DNA of 64,000 bases from Anthoceros angustus (taxonomy: Eukaryota > Plantae > Anthocerotophyta): positions 590,175 through 654,174 of the forward strand of contig MU008190.1 in NCBI GenBank assembly GCA_010909165.1, given 5' to 3'. The position numbers were made by a program, and so were the translations under genes. Below, piece after piece: positions 14,001 to 29,077 of this stretch. Every line of letters starts with the position of its first letter. Position 1 is the stretch's first letter. Below the pieces are notes generated by a model. That model searched no databases, was not told where the DNA came from, and saw only the letters and a list, made by a program, of their open reading frames with translations.

Positions 14001-14479
14001 AGCGCCGCTGTCGCGCCTTCCTCCCCGCGATTCGCGATGTCACCGTGGGGGTTCGGAGCTCCTTCCTTCGTGCGCCCGCGCCTCCCCGATCGACCGTCCG
14101 CCCGCCTCTCGACTTCGCTCAGCCGGCTGCCTCCGCCGCTTGCTCCGCCCACCACTGCCTCCTGAACGGATTCTATTTCCTAGGGTTAAGTTTCCTGTGT
14201 TCCCCTACCCCTGCTCGACCTCACGACCGCTTCCACATCCCAATCCACAACCCCACACTCATTCAGCTACCGCCCCATCGGTCGACCCCAAACTTATAGA
14301 CCTATCACACTCTAATTATTCCAACCCCCCCTACCTCACATATATAGACTTTTGGTGGACATCCCAAGTCCATGGGCCAAGGAACACCAAGTTCCCGGAC
14401 CATTTATTTTCTAACCTAAAAATCAAGACAAGAAAAAAAACCATAGGCCAAGGACATTTCTTCTATAAATACCTTTGCC

Positions 14480-15000
14480 TACTGTCAACCTGACTTATTT
14501 TCACACCACACTCACCAAAACAAAAAACACTTCTGTGCACATCCAACAGGGTTTCCAAGTCCAGATCATTTACAGCTTCTGTAAACACATGTGTGAGCAG
14601 CATGGTTTCAGCCAGTCCCTTTTCACTTTGGGTTTTGCACTCTTTCTTCCTTTCCCAAGATTCTTCGAGCTTTTCTTTGTGGAGGATTCTGTTGCAACGT
14701 TTCAGCTAGTGGCTTTGGGTGTCTTGTTGGCCTCTGATCCGCAGTGATGTTGTCAGAGTCCTTGCCGGAGCTCTGGACTTCACACTCGCTATCACAGGCG
14801 CCCTCTGGCACTACATCTTCAGACTCATTGTTTGAGTTCCTGTCTTCCCCTTGGTCCTCTGAATCATTGTCGGGGTATGTGCTCTCCCTTTCTTCGTCAA
14901 CCTCGGTGTGAAGCTCCCAACTAGGCTCTGACTGGTCCTCAGAGGGGGCGAGCTTATCTCCTAAGAATAATGTCTTCCCCGAGTTCGGCCTTCTCCGTCC
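14480..15000 (-). pseudogene. Displaced upstream part of the copy-1 transposase (CCxxxC motif)
   Basis: The minus strand at 14582-14608 reads KPCCSHMCL, matching KPCCNNMCL at 39264-39290 in copy 2. Confidence 0.7.
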
Positions 15001-15449
15001 AAGAGTCCGCCTATTATGCCACTGGTCAGAATGTCGTGATCATGTGTTGGGGGCTGCCGACCGAGTCGGTCTCAAGTCGAGCTAATTGTTTGATACGAGG
15101 TACAAATACTCTGGCCTTAGACGAGTTGCTATGCTTTCTGGAGAATAGACACACGGGTAATACTTCTGCAAAAAGACGTTATGTGTTAGGGCAAAAGACA
15201 AGAATAGAATACATCGCTTCTAGCAAAGCTTACCACTAGGATGTTCTTCTGTAACGTTTCCACGACTCCGCTTCCCCCACGGAGTGTTTCCCAAACTGAA
15301 GGCCATCGGAAGTTGCTGGTGATGGCATGACACATTCTGTATGCTACTTTTAGTAAGTTCAGATTAGGTTTTGGTGCCCTAACTCTCAAGGGCTCATCTG
15401 ACCCGGTGGAACTGGCAGGTGTCCGACCCTTGGTCTTTGGCAAGGGTAT

Positions 15450-16190
15450 TTGTTCCTTCAACTCGGTTGAGGCAAAATAGTCCGTGCCCGCAGCTTAGGG
15501 TAAGGTGCCTGCGTCTCCCTTGCGTGCGAAGATGGACATCACACCCACAAATCCGGCTCACCGGGCGCACGAGTGATGCAAGTATCCTGCCAGGGTGGGT
15601 GGAGGAGTCGACGGAACTTCCTCGCCTCGAGGAGCAGGACGCCCGGAGGATCGCGGAGCGATTTAGGGTCCTCCCGCCTTGGACGCATGTGCAAACTATC
15701 CAGGTGGAGGACCCTATTCTTTCTTCCAATGATACTCCCGTGAGGGAGGGGCTGCTGGGACTGTTAGTTGGTGGAGAGGAGGTGCAGGTTTCCATCAACG
15801 TCACACTCGGGCCAGTTTGGATGCCTAGGCGGGTTGACACCAGCTTTTCTTGGTACCTAGAGGTATCCGAGGCAGAGAGTATCGGCCAGTTTGCCGAAGA
15901 TGCAATTATTCACGAAGTGAGCACTACAAGCCTGAGAACAAGATCCGAGGGTGCGCAAGTGGGATCACTTTCGAGGGCCCCCCGGTTGTGGTTTGCTATT
16001 AACCAGGATGTTGAGGCTCGGCGCAATCGGGCACACGAATGGGCGAAGGCGGTCCACCTGGCTGTCAGACTTCATCGAGCCGACCAGGACGAGTATCCCG
16101 AGCGACGCCCGGTGGTGGTTTCTCTATCAACTTCGCTGGAACAAGTCTTATTTGTATTCTTGCCAGACACGCTCGGCAGAGGTTCACAAG
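15450..16190 (-). pseudogene. Ulp1/C48 (SUMO protease)-like domain remnant
   Basis: Stop-interrupted minus frame: AHFVNNCIFGKL ... PHGSII...VLHLDSL, then a CG in a shifted frame; resembles HFFNSFFYxKL/HWSL/LDSL/QxxxxDCG. Confidence 0.55.
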
Positions 16191-16619
16191 ATAGACACTT
16201 AGAAGTTTAACAGTCAGAGATGAGCATCCATATTCCCCGAACATGGGGAAATGTTTGTTGTTGGCTAGAGTCTCAAATGTGGAGAAGTAAATAGATGCCT
16301 TGTTAATAGATGATGGATGGACCCTAATTTCAATTGCCAATATCGCATATCAAGATTGTTATTCCTCCTGGATGCTCCATGCGGGGGTTTTTGAACATGT
16401 ATGGCTGGTCATTAATGACAAGTGAGGGAAGTACGGCTTGCATTTAAGCCTCGCACGGAACTTATGACAGGAATTCAACGTACGCTCGACATGCAGGGCA
16501 TGTGAGGTAAGTTGCATACCTAGAGGCCTGTTGGGTGCATGCCGGTACTGCACGACTTATGGTACGCAGGTTCATAGGGTTAGGGTTTTGCAAATCAATT
16601 AGAACCTTAGGGTTTGTTG

Positions 16620-17565
16620 CAATTTTCTCAGTTCTACTCTGTAGCCATGGATCATCCGCTGATGAGAGCTCGACTGGTAGGGCACGCGGCTAAGTGGGCC
16701 TAGAATTTCACCGCTTGATTCGAGCTGATCCGTGACTAGAATTATGTTTTCGCACGATTAATTTGACGAATTAAGCAAGCATTTCAAACGAATGCATCGC
16801 CACGATGGTTTTCTTACATTCCTATTCGCCTCATTTCTCAAAGATTCTCACGAGTGCACCTAGGTTGTGTGTAGGCTTCATTTAGCTCCAGAACTTATGT
16901 CGACCCCAAGATTTGCGAGTGGGAAGAAGAAGAGGTGGCCTCCATGGCGCCTTTGCCATCAAATGAAAGTAGTAGGAATGTCGAGCCATGGGCGCTTGCT
17001 CAAGAACAGTACCGCCTCCTTGGTACAGATGCTCAAGGCTTGAGCTGAGCAAGTCCCGATCCGCCCAAAATCGGCTGTGCGACTCGATTGTCTCAGAATC
17101 CAGCTGCAGTCTGGGCGATTGAAGTTCTCAACTCACGAGGTAGGTTGAGCTAGTACTTTTGCGGCGGCTTGTTTATATAAGCTGCTTTTATATCTCATGC
17201 CTTGTTGCGCATCCTCGAGCATGAAGTATTAACCTAAAGTTGTATTTCTTTTCCGAGCTTTGTGGCAGCGCCTTAGCTCGGGTTGCAAAACATTTGTCGA
17301 GGTCCGACACCCTCTCAAGGTGATATTTAATTGCCGAGGTTGTATTTTGCATCGGAGGAGACATTGAAATCGCTTCTCCTAGCCCGCCATACGGTTCGGC
17401 CACATCAAGTCTGCCGACAAACACAAAACAGTCCTTTGGTATTGAGTTCAATTTTGAATAATATTGTCCGATATATTGGTTCTTAATTCGATCTTTAGGG
17501 TTCACAATGAAGCTCCTGCAAGTCTTCAAGCGCACATTTACGCCTTTAAGAGGTTTGCATTCCAA
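16620..17565 (-). pseudogene. Unassigned 5' region of the transposase-side gene (copy 1), weakly homologous to 39480-40450
   Basis: Shared patches with copy 2: VNVRLKTCRSFI / VVIRVSPRAFI, VSDL / ASDL, HSRF / HSRF, DDPW / DDRW. Confidence 0.4.
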
Positions 17566-18067
17566 ACCCTAATTGGTTGTCCCTTTGCCAACCCTAGGCG
17601 TTACACCCACGCTCTTGTTTTACACTCAGGCTTCCAGCTTACCCCGAGGACCTCCTGTAAGCTCCCTTTCTTCCGCTTTTACTCTGACGCCATCATGGCC
17701 TCACCCTTGGGCACCCCACGCCACCGCCAAAGAAGCGTAAGAGGTGATTCCGACTTGGTGGCTCCATCGCCTCACCGACAAACCGGACAACTAGATGCGG
17801 TCTTAAGGGTGGAATCAAGAAGCTCAGCAGCTGGAAATCGAGATGAGGGCACCCCACCGCAAACCCGTAACGCGAGGGAGCTTGAAATCGGCTCAAGTGA
17901 GCACGACCAAGAATCAAGACGCCGCGGCAAAGAAAAACCGCCGAGTTTTCAACTCGCAACTGTAAGAACTTTGGATGCGTGGCTCATAGCCCACTAACCA
18001 CGGATTGTTTTACGATTGATGGTTCGAGGCCAACTCAGGAGTCGCGAGTCCTGGACTTGTAGCCGCG

Positions 18068-19470
18068 ATTCTCTAGCCTGGTGCACAAAGGGTTGCGATA
18101 TGTAGGCTTGCTGCAGCCCGTTTGTGATTGCGGTTTGCGTGCCTCTTTGTCTTTTTGTTAGATGGCGAGTTTTAATTCAAAGATGTCTTTTATGGTTGTA
18201 TGTACATGGCATCGGGCGACGGAGCAAGGATGGGGATTTGTCCTCCACACCCCACCGAGCCGGGCAACTCGTAGACGAGGCGAAACGATGAGCAAAGAAC
18301 TCGTCTTCCGCCGCTCGAATGCAACTCCGCAGGAGAGGAGCTCAAGTGAGGTCTCCGTGAGATGGCGATGCTTTAAGGAGCAAGAAGGCCAAGGCGGTGG
18401 AGAAGGGAACACTCAAAACGACAGAGCCAAGGTGGAGGACACAACTGACTCCGTAAGTTCTTTGCAAACCCGCAGTAAAGTCCGACAGTCACGTCGGGCG
18501 AAAGCAAGGTCGTAGTCGAAAGACAAAGACTATTGTGGTGTTGCAAACAAAGAAAGACAAAGTTGCGGCTATGCGATCACGGTAAGTCCAAGGCAACGGG
18601 TCAGTGCAAGGCCAATGGCAAAGTCGCAGAAGCCAACATCCAAGCTTATGCAGGGAGCATCAACTTCAGTCAGCAAGGGTGCAGAACCGATGCAATGGGA
18701 GATGCCCGTATCCCCTTACAACTACAACCAGAGCCTGACTGTGAAGAAGTTGCAAGATGTGACTCCCAAAGGGATTCTCTAGCCTGGGTGCACGAAAGGG
18801 TTGCGATATGTAGGCTTGGTTGCAGGCCTGTTTGTGATTGCGGTTTGCAGGCCTCTTTGTCTTTGCGGTTAGATGGCGAGTTTTATTCAAAGATGCTTGT
18901 GGTTGTATGTATGTGATGGCATCGGCAGACGGAGCAAGGATGGGGATTTGTCCTCCACACCCCACCGAGCCGCAACTCGTAGACGAGGCGAACGATGAGC
19001 AAAGAATGCTCTTCCGCCGCCTCGGAATGCAACTCTGCAGAGAGAGTCAAGTGAGGTCTCCGTGAGATGGCGAAGGCGCAAGGAGCAAGAAGGCCAAGAC
19101 CGGTGGAGAAGGGAACACTCAAAAACGACATGCAGCCAAGGTGGAGGACACAACTCGACTGTAAGTTCGCAAAAGCAGCAAAAGTCCGATGTGTTTCGGG
19201 CGCGTGAAAGCAAGGGGTCAGGTAGCTGGAAAGACAAGACTGTGGTGTTGCAAACAAAGAAGATAAAGTTGCCGCTGCGGCGCATCGCCGGTAAGTCCAA
19301 GGCAACGGGTCAGGGTGCAGGAAGGCCAATGGCAAAAGCTGCAGGGAAGCCAACATCCAAGCTTATGCAGGGAGCATCGCCATAAGGTGCGTAACGATGC
19401 AATGGGAGATGCTCATATCCTTACAACTAACCAGAGCCCGACTGAAGAAGTTGCAAGATGTGACTCAAAC
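18068..19470 (+). repeat. ~706-bp imperfect tandem duplication
   Basis: 'attctctagcctgg..tgcac..aaagggttgcgatatgtaggcttg' at ~18068 and ~18774. Confidence 0.92.
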
Positions 19471-21577
19471 GGATTTTGGCCGGATAGGCAATGGAGCGTG
19501 GTTTTGCCTCCTTTCCGGATGGAGAATCAATCCTCTCATGGAAGTGTGGGTGAATGGGTATGAAGGAGCCGATGAGAATCAAGTAGAGCGGTTGGCTAAT
19601 TTGGTCGAGATGGGAAGCTGAGGGAGATTGAGTCGAGCGACCATTGCGCTCGAGGTCCCGAGTGAGACGTTTGATGACTATAAGCAACTTGTTCTTCAGT
19701 TGGACAACCTGGATGCTCGTAGATGCGAACCCAAGCCATGAAGTTAAAGTTCAAGGTCGCTTTGTTGGAAGAAGATGTAAGTCCGCTGTTTCATTTCATG
19801 TGACTTTGTGGGTTTCAGAATGTGCAGAATGCACTGTCAAAGGCCTGCTCGAAAGGCCTGCCCCCAAAGGCCTTTCATTGTGAGCCTTTTCCTGTGGAAC
19901 TTCTCCCTACAATTTTATATGCGTGGATGGGGAGGCATTTTATTGCGAGCTCCAACGGCACATGATCCGAGGAATCACAGGCAGCCCTCTTCTCGGCCGT
20001 GTGAGCAAAGCAACAGGCCCACAAAGGCTTCTATTTGCCGAGACTTCCCGAGCTTTGTCCTCCGAGCAGCCTAGTTCAAGCAAACGGAAGGTGGCTTTCG
20101 AGGATGAAGTGAATGACTCCGAAGATGATGCCTCCAATGGACACGAACAGGTGGAGATGGAAGAGAAGGACTCCGAAGGAGCTGAATCTCCGCAAAACAA
20201 ACAAACGGAGCATCAGGAGGATGCTGATGAGGTATTCAGTGACGAGTCACCACCCGTACGAGAGGGTGGAGATCCAGTAGGAGCCAGGCATCGTTTGTAG
20301 GAGCGCTCGGAATAATCGAGCCCAAAGGCCCAAGAATCCGGAGAAAGGAGTGGAGCAACAGCAAGGGAGAAAGAAAATTACAGGAGCGGAGAAACGCAAA
20401 AAGAGTCAATCGAAAAGAGAAGGCAGGAAGCAAAAGGAAGAGGGCCACTTCACCGCCTATCCTCACTCAGCCCATGTCGACAGACGAAGACAGGTTGGAG
20501 CATGATATTGTGTCCAACGATCCCCTGAACAGGATTCGTGAGAGTGCCAGCCACAAGAAGGTTCAGCAAAACACATTAATCATTGGCTTGCAGTACCTTC
20601 ACAGTCCAGATTTCCTAACCCACGATGCGCAGATCCGTAGGGTGGATGTCTCATGGGTAAGCTACTTAGAGCGAGATGGAAAGGGCCGAGAAGAGGGAGT
20701 TCTTCCCATATTGGTGATGGTAGATCCACAAGTTGTTCGAGCAAGAAAGATTGGAGCACGAAGAAGTTCGTGGGGAGTATGTGTTCGGTGTTCTTGGCGG
20801 AATCATTGTTTCAGAAAGAGCCTTGTCCAATTTAGAAGCCATACTACAAGTATATGGAGGGGCATGTATGCAGGACTTACACCTCAAGAGATGCAGTATT
20901 GGCAACGGATCACAATGTGAATGCGGACCGCGCAAGAAAATGAGTTTCATCGAGCAAGTGAGATATGTGAAGGATGAGCTGCAAATTCAAGCCCCGATGT
21001 TTCTAGACGGAAATGGAATCAGACTGCATCGGGCTAATTGATGATCTTCCGTAATGCAAGCCGGCCGCAAAGCAAAGAAGGTTGATCAAGACATTGACCT
21101 TATGCGCGTAGCCAAATGCGAAGACACCGTGGCGAATGTGGATACCATCTTCAACAAATGGGAGAGGCTTGAGCAAGCCTCACCGTCGTGGCTGGAATTT
21201 CAAAAGGCGAAAGCACTTAGGAAGGTGATGAAGATGGGCCATCTCCGATCCCTCGCAAGGTCGGATGAAGGAAATACTGAAGATGTTTCTGCTTTCAAGG
21301 ACTTCCACCAGACAAATTGGGGAGAGCTCTTGAGCGCAACGGAGAAGGTTATCCAGGCCACCTCGATATGAGAGGCATGCATGACGAGGTCACAAAAAGA
21401 AGAACCTCCACTTGATTCAAAAGGCTCTCAAAGAAGTCCTTGGGTTGCAGCTCTGTGAGGCTCAAGAAAGATTGGAGCACGAAGGAAGAAGACGCTATGC
21501 GCCAGCCCGCTCGATTCGGTGGTTTTGCTTTGATTGAACCTCCGCCTTCCTTTCCTCCGCTGATGTTTTTTCGAGAA

Positions 21578-22142
21578 AGTGCGCCGGACGTCCGCGACGT
21601 TAACCCCCAGCAGATGGGTGTGGAGGGAAGCAGCAGCGCGCCGGACGTCCGGCGACCGCGCCTGCCTCCCCGAGGAGGGGCAAGGCGCCGGACGTCCGCG
21701 ACTTGCCGCTGCCTCCCCGAAAGGGACGGAGAGCAGAAGAGTGCGCCGGACGTCCGGCGCCGCCGCTCTGCGCCTCGAAGGACGGCAGAGGCGCGCCGGA
21801 CGTCCGCGACTTGCTCTGCCCTCTGCCGATGAAAGGTCAGCAGTGCGCGGACGTCCGGCGCCGCCTCCGCCTTCCTTTCCTCCCAATGAGCGGAGAAGAC
21901 ACGGACGCCCCGACCCGCCATTCCCTTCCACCCCCGTGAGGGGCGCACCGACGTCCGCCGATTTTCCCTTCCCCGGAGCGGGCGACGCCCCGACCGTGTG
22001 GTTTCTCCCCCTTCCAGAGTGCGCCGGACGTCCGGCGACTCGGGTGCGGTTTCCCTCAGGAGGCGCACCAGCGCCGGACGTCCGACCAGCCGCCCTCAAG
22101 GATCGGGAGGAAGAGCAGCAGGTGCGCCGGACGTCCGCGACT
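21578..22142. repeat. Array of palindromic CGGACGTCCG motifs (~50-bp period) between the ParB and MTase coding parts
   Basis: About 9 exact copies plus variants; very high GC; absent from copy 2. Confidence 0.9.
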
Positions 22143-24109
22143 CGCCTACCTTTGAATGAACCCTGTCTGTAGGTTTTGTCTCTCGGTCTGTTGAATTCTA
22201 ACCTTGGATTGGTTGGCTTGTTGTGGCAGAAACCCAATGATGTTGCCAACCTTCGAAATTTGCCAAAACAATTTCAAAGTTGGGTCGTGGCGGCTAAATC
22301 GTGGAAAAAGATGGAAGAGGAACAGCTGGCTCTGGCAGAGGCGTCCACAGATACTGACCTTCAGGATTTCATAGTTCCGAGCTCAGGGAAAAAGGTTCGC
22401 TATCAGGTTTTCAACCGATCCATGCAGGAATTGTTGGGATTTGCTCGTAAGCGACCTTATACGCTCGGTGATGGATCTACCAAGAGGGCTGAAACTTGGA
22501 GCGGAAGACACAAATGTATTAACGAAGGCCCGGTTGAGTGGTATTCTTAACCACTTTGTGGAGGTAACGACACCGACTCATACAGATTGTGGTTTTGTAC
22601 GGCGTGGACCGACACACAAGAGCTTTTGAGGGGGTATGCACGGATGGAGCTCTGCCCCTTGTTTGGGAGAAAACCAATGTCCGGAGGAAAACAAGGTATC
22701 GACAACATGGACATTATATCGGTGGGCAGGAAAGTCACCCAACGAGTTAAATCGGTGCCATTGTTACCGATTTCGGTGACTTTGGGCCAACAAGGCATGG
22801 GCTCGGTGATTAAGTGCGATCGTGGTAAAGAAGTTGGTATACGATTCGACAACAAGGTAGTAAGCCCATATCGAAACCTTTGGAGCTAATGTCTATTTTG
22901 CCGCGGCTTCTAGAGGAGATTGGGTCATCGATGGATTTGGGAGTGGGTCCACGGCACTTGCTGCACTTCCGAGTGGAAGAAATGTGATCTGGACTCGATA
23001 CAAGGTCTTCAATGTTCATCAGGATTGTGGGGTTCCATGCTTATCCCAGTGAGGCAGAAGAGGGAAATATGCTGCCTTTCAAGCGGGGCCGGGGCACATT
23101 TTGGCCCAAGGAGATAAGTCTGGGCAACAGTATCACTCCATATGCGGTTTCTCAATCAATGGTTTCAAAACGGTCAGAAAGTAGACAGCTGGTTGTTCTC
23201 GAAGCGGGGCAGCTAACTTTGAGGAAAATGTGGGCTGACCCCGAAGAGGAAGAGACTGAGGATCCCGAGAAGCTCACTGATGCCATGATTGATGTAGCTC
23301 CTATCGACTTGGAGGCGGACTCGAGGACTTTGGTGCCGACGACGTGGTTGTCCGAACACGAGAGTCGGTTAATGTGCTCTTGGTTCAATGGATATAGTGA
23401 CCCGGAGTACATCTTGGCAAATGTTCGAGGGCGACCGGAGGATTAGGCCCGATAGTACAAAGTGTTGGCGCTTGTTGTTGTAGGTGTGAAACCTTTTTCA
23501 AGAAGGATGATGACATGGGAAGTAGGTGTCCGCGCTTTTATAGACTTCTGTGCTCTACAGACTATTCACGCTGGGTTACGAGTCAAGTTTTTATTGTGTG
23601 TTTTGTTTAAAGATATATGTTTCATGACGCTTTTGGAAGGTGTGCGCTCGATCGCTCTAGAAAGCCATAAAAGTTCATGTTGTACAACGTGTGTCCGACA
23701 TTTATGTACGCCGGCACATTCCGTGTTCTTTTGGGCTCGGATGTTTTACAAATCAGAAAACATCAATTGAGACATGTGCATTTCTACATTGGTTGGGCCA
23801 AAATGGGGTTCGGAGACAAACCCCAATGCTGAGAGACGCTGTTCTCCTCATTGATCCGAGCCGACCTTGTGGACTGTGGGAGGGCGTAAGTGCAAAGACA
23901 ACAAAGAGGGGAACAACTCACGATGCAGAAGAAGCCGTAAAAGCTCACGACGCGGGCTGTGGAACTCGCGCTTGCACATTCGACCGACCATTCTGATGCG
24001 GGTGTACATGCACTTGTACCACAGAGGTGAGCATGGTTGGTTGCAGGACCCCAGGCTCACAATCTTGGTCTCTTTCTCATAGTCCCCGTGAGGGAACTTC
24101 CATGGAGAA

Positions 24110-24680
24110 TCTTGTGATAAAGTCCATATGCATATATTAATGTTGCACACCGCGACAGCTGCAGCTGGTAGTTGTATCTAGCAGCACCTGCTATACATGT
24201 CAGCCGTGCCATAGAGTTTCTCGATCGAGTTTGAGGATCGAGGTCGATCCTGCGATGTACACATCTCACCGTCTAGCTTGTTGAAATACATCTGTGTATA
24301 CATGCATAGACTTGTATATGTACTAGGTCCACACATAATACGTGCAAGCCATACGTGCATACTATGCATCATAGCATGCATATGTGCATACCATAGCATC
24401 ATTCCCCTGAGTAGATCTAGGGAATCCAGTGATAAAGTCCATATGCATATATTGATGTTGCACATTGCAACAGCTGCTGTAGGTAGTTGTATTCCGCGGG
24501 CAACTGCTGGAGGTAGTTGTATTCTGCGGCAGTTGCTGTAAGCCATGCCATAGAGTTTCTCGAGGATCGATGTCGATCCTGTGATGTACGCATCTCACCG
24601 TCTAGCTCGATGTAAATAGTGTATATATACTATTCATAGACTCCTATATGTATCAGGTCTGCACGTAATACGTGCTCCCT
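24110..24680 (+). repeat. ~315-bp tandem duplication
   Basis: 'gataaagtccatatgcatat' at 24116 and 24431, with colinear downstream sequence. Confidence 0.88.
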
Positions 24681-25253
24681 ATCTTCGCCTAAGCTTCAAA
24701 GTCTGGATAAGTCTGCGGAATAGACTTATCCCAAGACAGAAGATAAACTACCAAAATTCTAATCCCACTAACAAGGAAAAAGTGATCCTAGCTCTCCTGA
24801 GATGCTTTGCTTGTTGTAGCAAAGCATCTAAGGAGAGCTGGGATCCAAGTTTAAATGGATCCATAACTCCTACATATATAGCCTTAGGTTATCTTATATC
24901 TCGCTAGCTTATTATCTTTATCTCGATCATATTCTGCTAAATATTCCTCTCTAGATATCTATTTCATCGATATCACTTGCCCTTTTTATATTTATCCTAA
25001 TTTCTAGAATTAGTCTAAATATTCATGAACAAATCCTTATGTCCATGTCCTCCCACCATTGCACATGCCATCCATCATCCACATGCCATCCATCTTCCAC
25101 ATGCCACATGACATACATAAGTCATATGCACATACATATGTCATGCCATACCCATGGCATTATTCCAGCATACCATCCTAGCTACGCGGCCTATAACCTA
25201 CCATCTTGATTTATATACATAGCTAGTAATCTATCCATGCCATGACATGGCCT

Positions 25254-25535
25254 AAGTACTAGGATGCTTTCTCCAGAGCTAACCTCATCCCTTAGCCCTC
25301 ATCCTTTAAATAGGGAGGCTTACTTCATTCCCAAAGTACTAGGATGCTTTCTCCAGAGCTAGACTCATCCCTTAAGTAGGCAGGGTTACTTCATTCCCAA
25401 AATACTAGGATGCTTTCTCTAGAGCTAGCCTCATCTCTTAAATAGGGAGGCTTATTTCATTCCCAAAGTACTAGGATGCTTTCTCTAGAGCTAGCCTCAT
25501 CTCTTAAATAGGGAGGCTTACTTCATTCCCCAAGT
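25254..25535 (+). repeat. 66-bp minisatellite, 4 copies
   Basis: 'tactaggatgctttctc' at 25257, 25337, 25403 and 25469. Confidence 0.92.
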
Positions 25536-25654
25536 AACTGCTTAAAGCAAATTACCTTCCTTAAGCCCTAAGTTAGGCCCCACTATCACTAACCACATAG
25601 CTTACTAAACTAGATCCAGAGTGGCATACCTCTCATGCATGGCTCTTACTCGAT

Positions 25655-25960
25655 GTTTGGAGCAAGTGTGCTTTTTTTCGAGCAAGTGAGCTTTTTATGT
25701 CACCTTCTCTTTCGTAGCTTTTCATGTTCCGAGCAGGTGAGATTTTATGCCACCACCTCTCCAGCTTTTTATGTCACCTTCTCTTTCGTAGCTTTTCATG
25801 TTCCGAGCAGGTGAGATTTTATGCCACCACCTCTCCGGTGAGTTTTTAATGTTCCGAGCAGATGGATTTAATGCCACCACCTCTCCGGTGAGTTTTTAAT
25901 GTTCCGAGCAGGTGAGCTTTTATGCCACCTTGTCAGGTGGGTTTCTACGCCACCTTCTCA
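25655..25960 (+). repeat. Complex ~50-75-bp minisatellite (ttccgagcaggtgag..ttttatgccacc)
   Basis: Five or more imperfect copies visible. Confidence 0.85.
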
Positions 25961-26254
25961 ATAAGCGTCCAGGAGTCTGAGATAATTACATTTCTTTCGC
26001 GTTAAGTACCCCCTAGCAATTTCTGCCGAATTTATTTTAACCGTATGGAAAGCAGCTCTTACCTTCATGACGAAATATCATGGCACAAACACTACACGTT
26101 TACACCTATACTAGTCTACAAATAAAAGTCTCACCTCTTTAGCTAGATCATTCATTCCACCTTGCAAAACGGACTTGGACTGCTAGACTTGCCTACAATT
26201 TGCAAACACCGTAACAGTTGAACACGTAACAACGCTTTCTGCTTGACAACAGTG

Positions 26255-29077
<2,823 letters not shown>

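Larger units (their letters stand above)
17695..23446 (+). pseudogene. ParB/Srx-like domain fused to a beta-class N4C/N6A DNA methyltransferase-like domain (copy 1 cargo)
   Basis: ParB-like EEGVLP...GVLGG(N)H (~20690-20806)...YAGLT...RKKMSFIE. MTase: YTL-VMDLPRG (22474-22488), WEKTN, PY-KPLELM, GDWVIDGF-GSGSTALAALxSGRNVI(G)LD (22915-22999). Acidic tail. Start codon inferred; frameshifted. Confidence 0.8.
4434..23644. mobile_element. DNA transposon copy 1 (DUF7869/Sola1-like transposase plus ParB-methyltransferase cargo), interrupted by nested retroelements ~6830-14470
   Basis: Inverted repeat core TCCAAAAGCGTCA (4443-4455) / TGACGCTTTTGGA (23625-23637) is a 13/13 match, with patchy inverted similarity out to ~4240 and ~23890. 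Same gene order as the 36.8-44.5 kb copy. True ends uncertain; no TSD found. Confidence 0.75.

Noticed and set aside
15419-16210. 263-aa plus-strand ORF as a real gene
   Set aside because: No motif; it is the antisense shadow of the Ulp1-like minus-strand remnant
17565-17573. AAACCCTAA motifs as telomeric repeats
   Set aside because: Isolated single copies (also near 40384); at most telo-box-like
21578-22142. CRISPR-like array of palindromic repeats
   Set aside because: The repeat is only ~10-14 bp, spacers resemble each other, there are no cas genes, and the context is eukaryotic
21349-22249. Long overlapping Arg/Gly/Pro-rich ORFs
   Set aside because: By-product of a GC-rich, stop-poor repeat array
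22474-22999. Orthology to Marchantia DN4MT1, or a definite 4mC versus 6mA call
   Set aside because: The motif is DxPR, not SPPY or DPPY; specificity cannot be read from the sequence
4425-23655. Target-site duplication for copy 1
   Set aside because: The flanks (GATTA / CGCTC) do not match and the true ends are uncertain
25254-25960. Minisatellites as CRISPR or ncRNA arrays
   Set aside because: Head-to-tail units with no unique spacers
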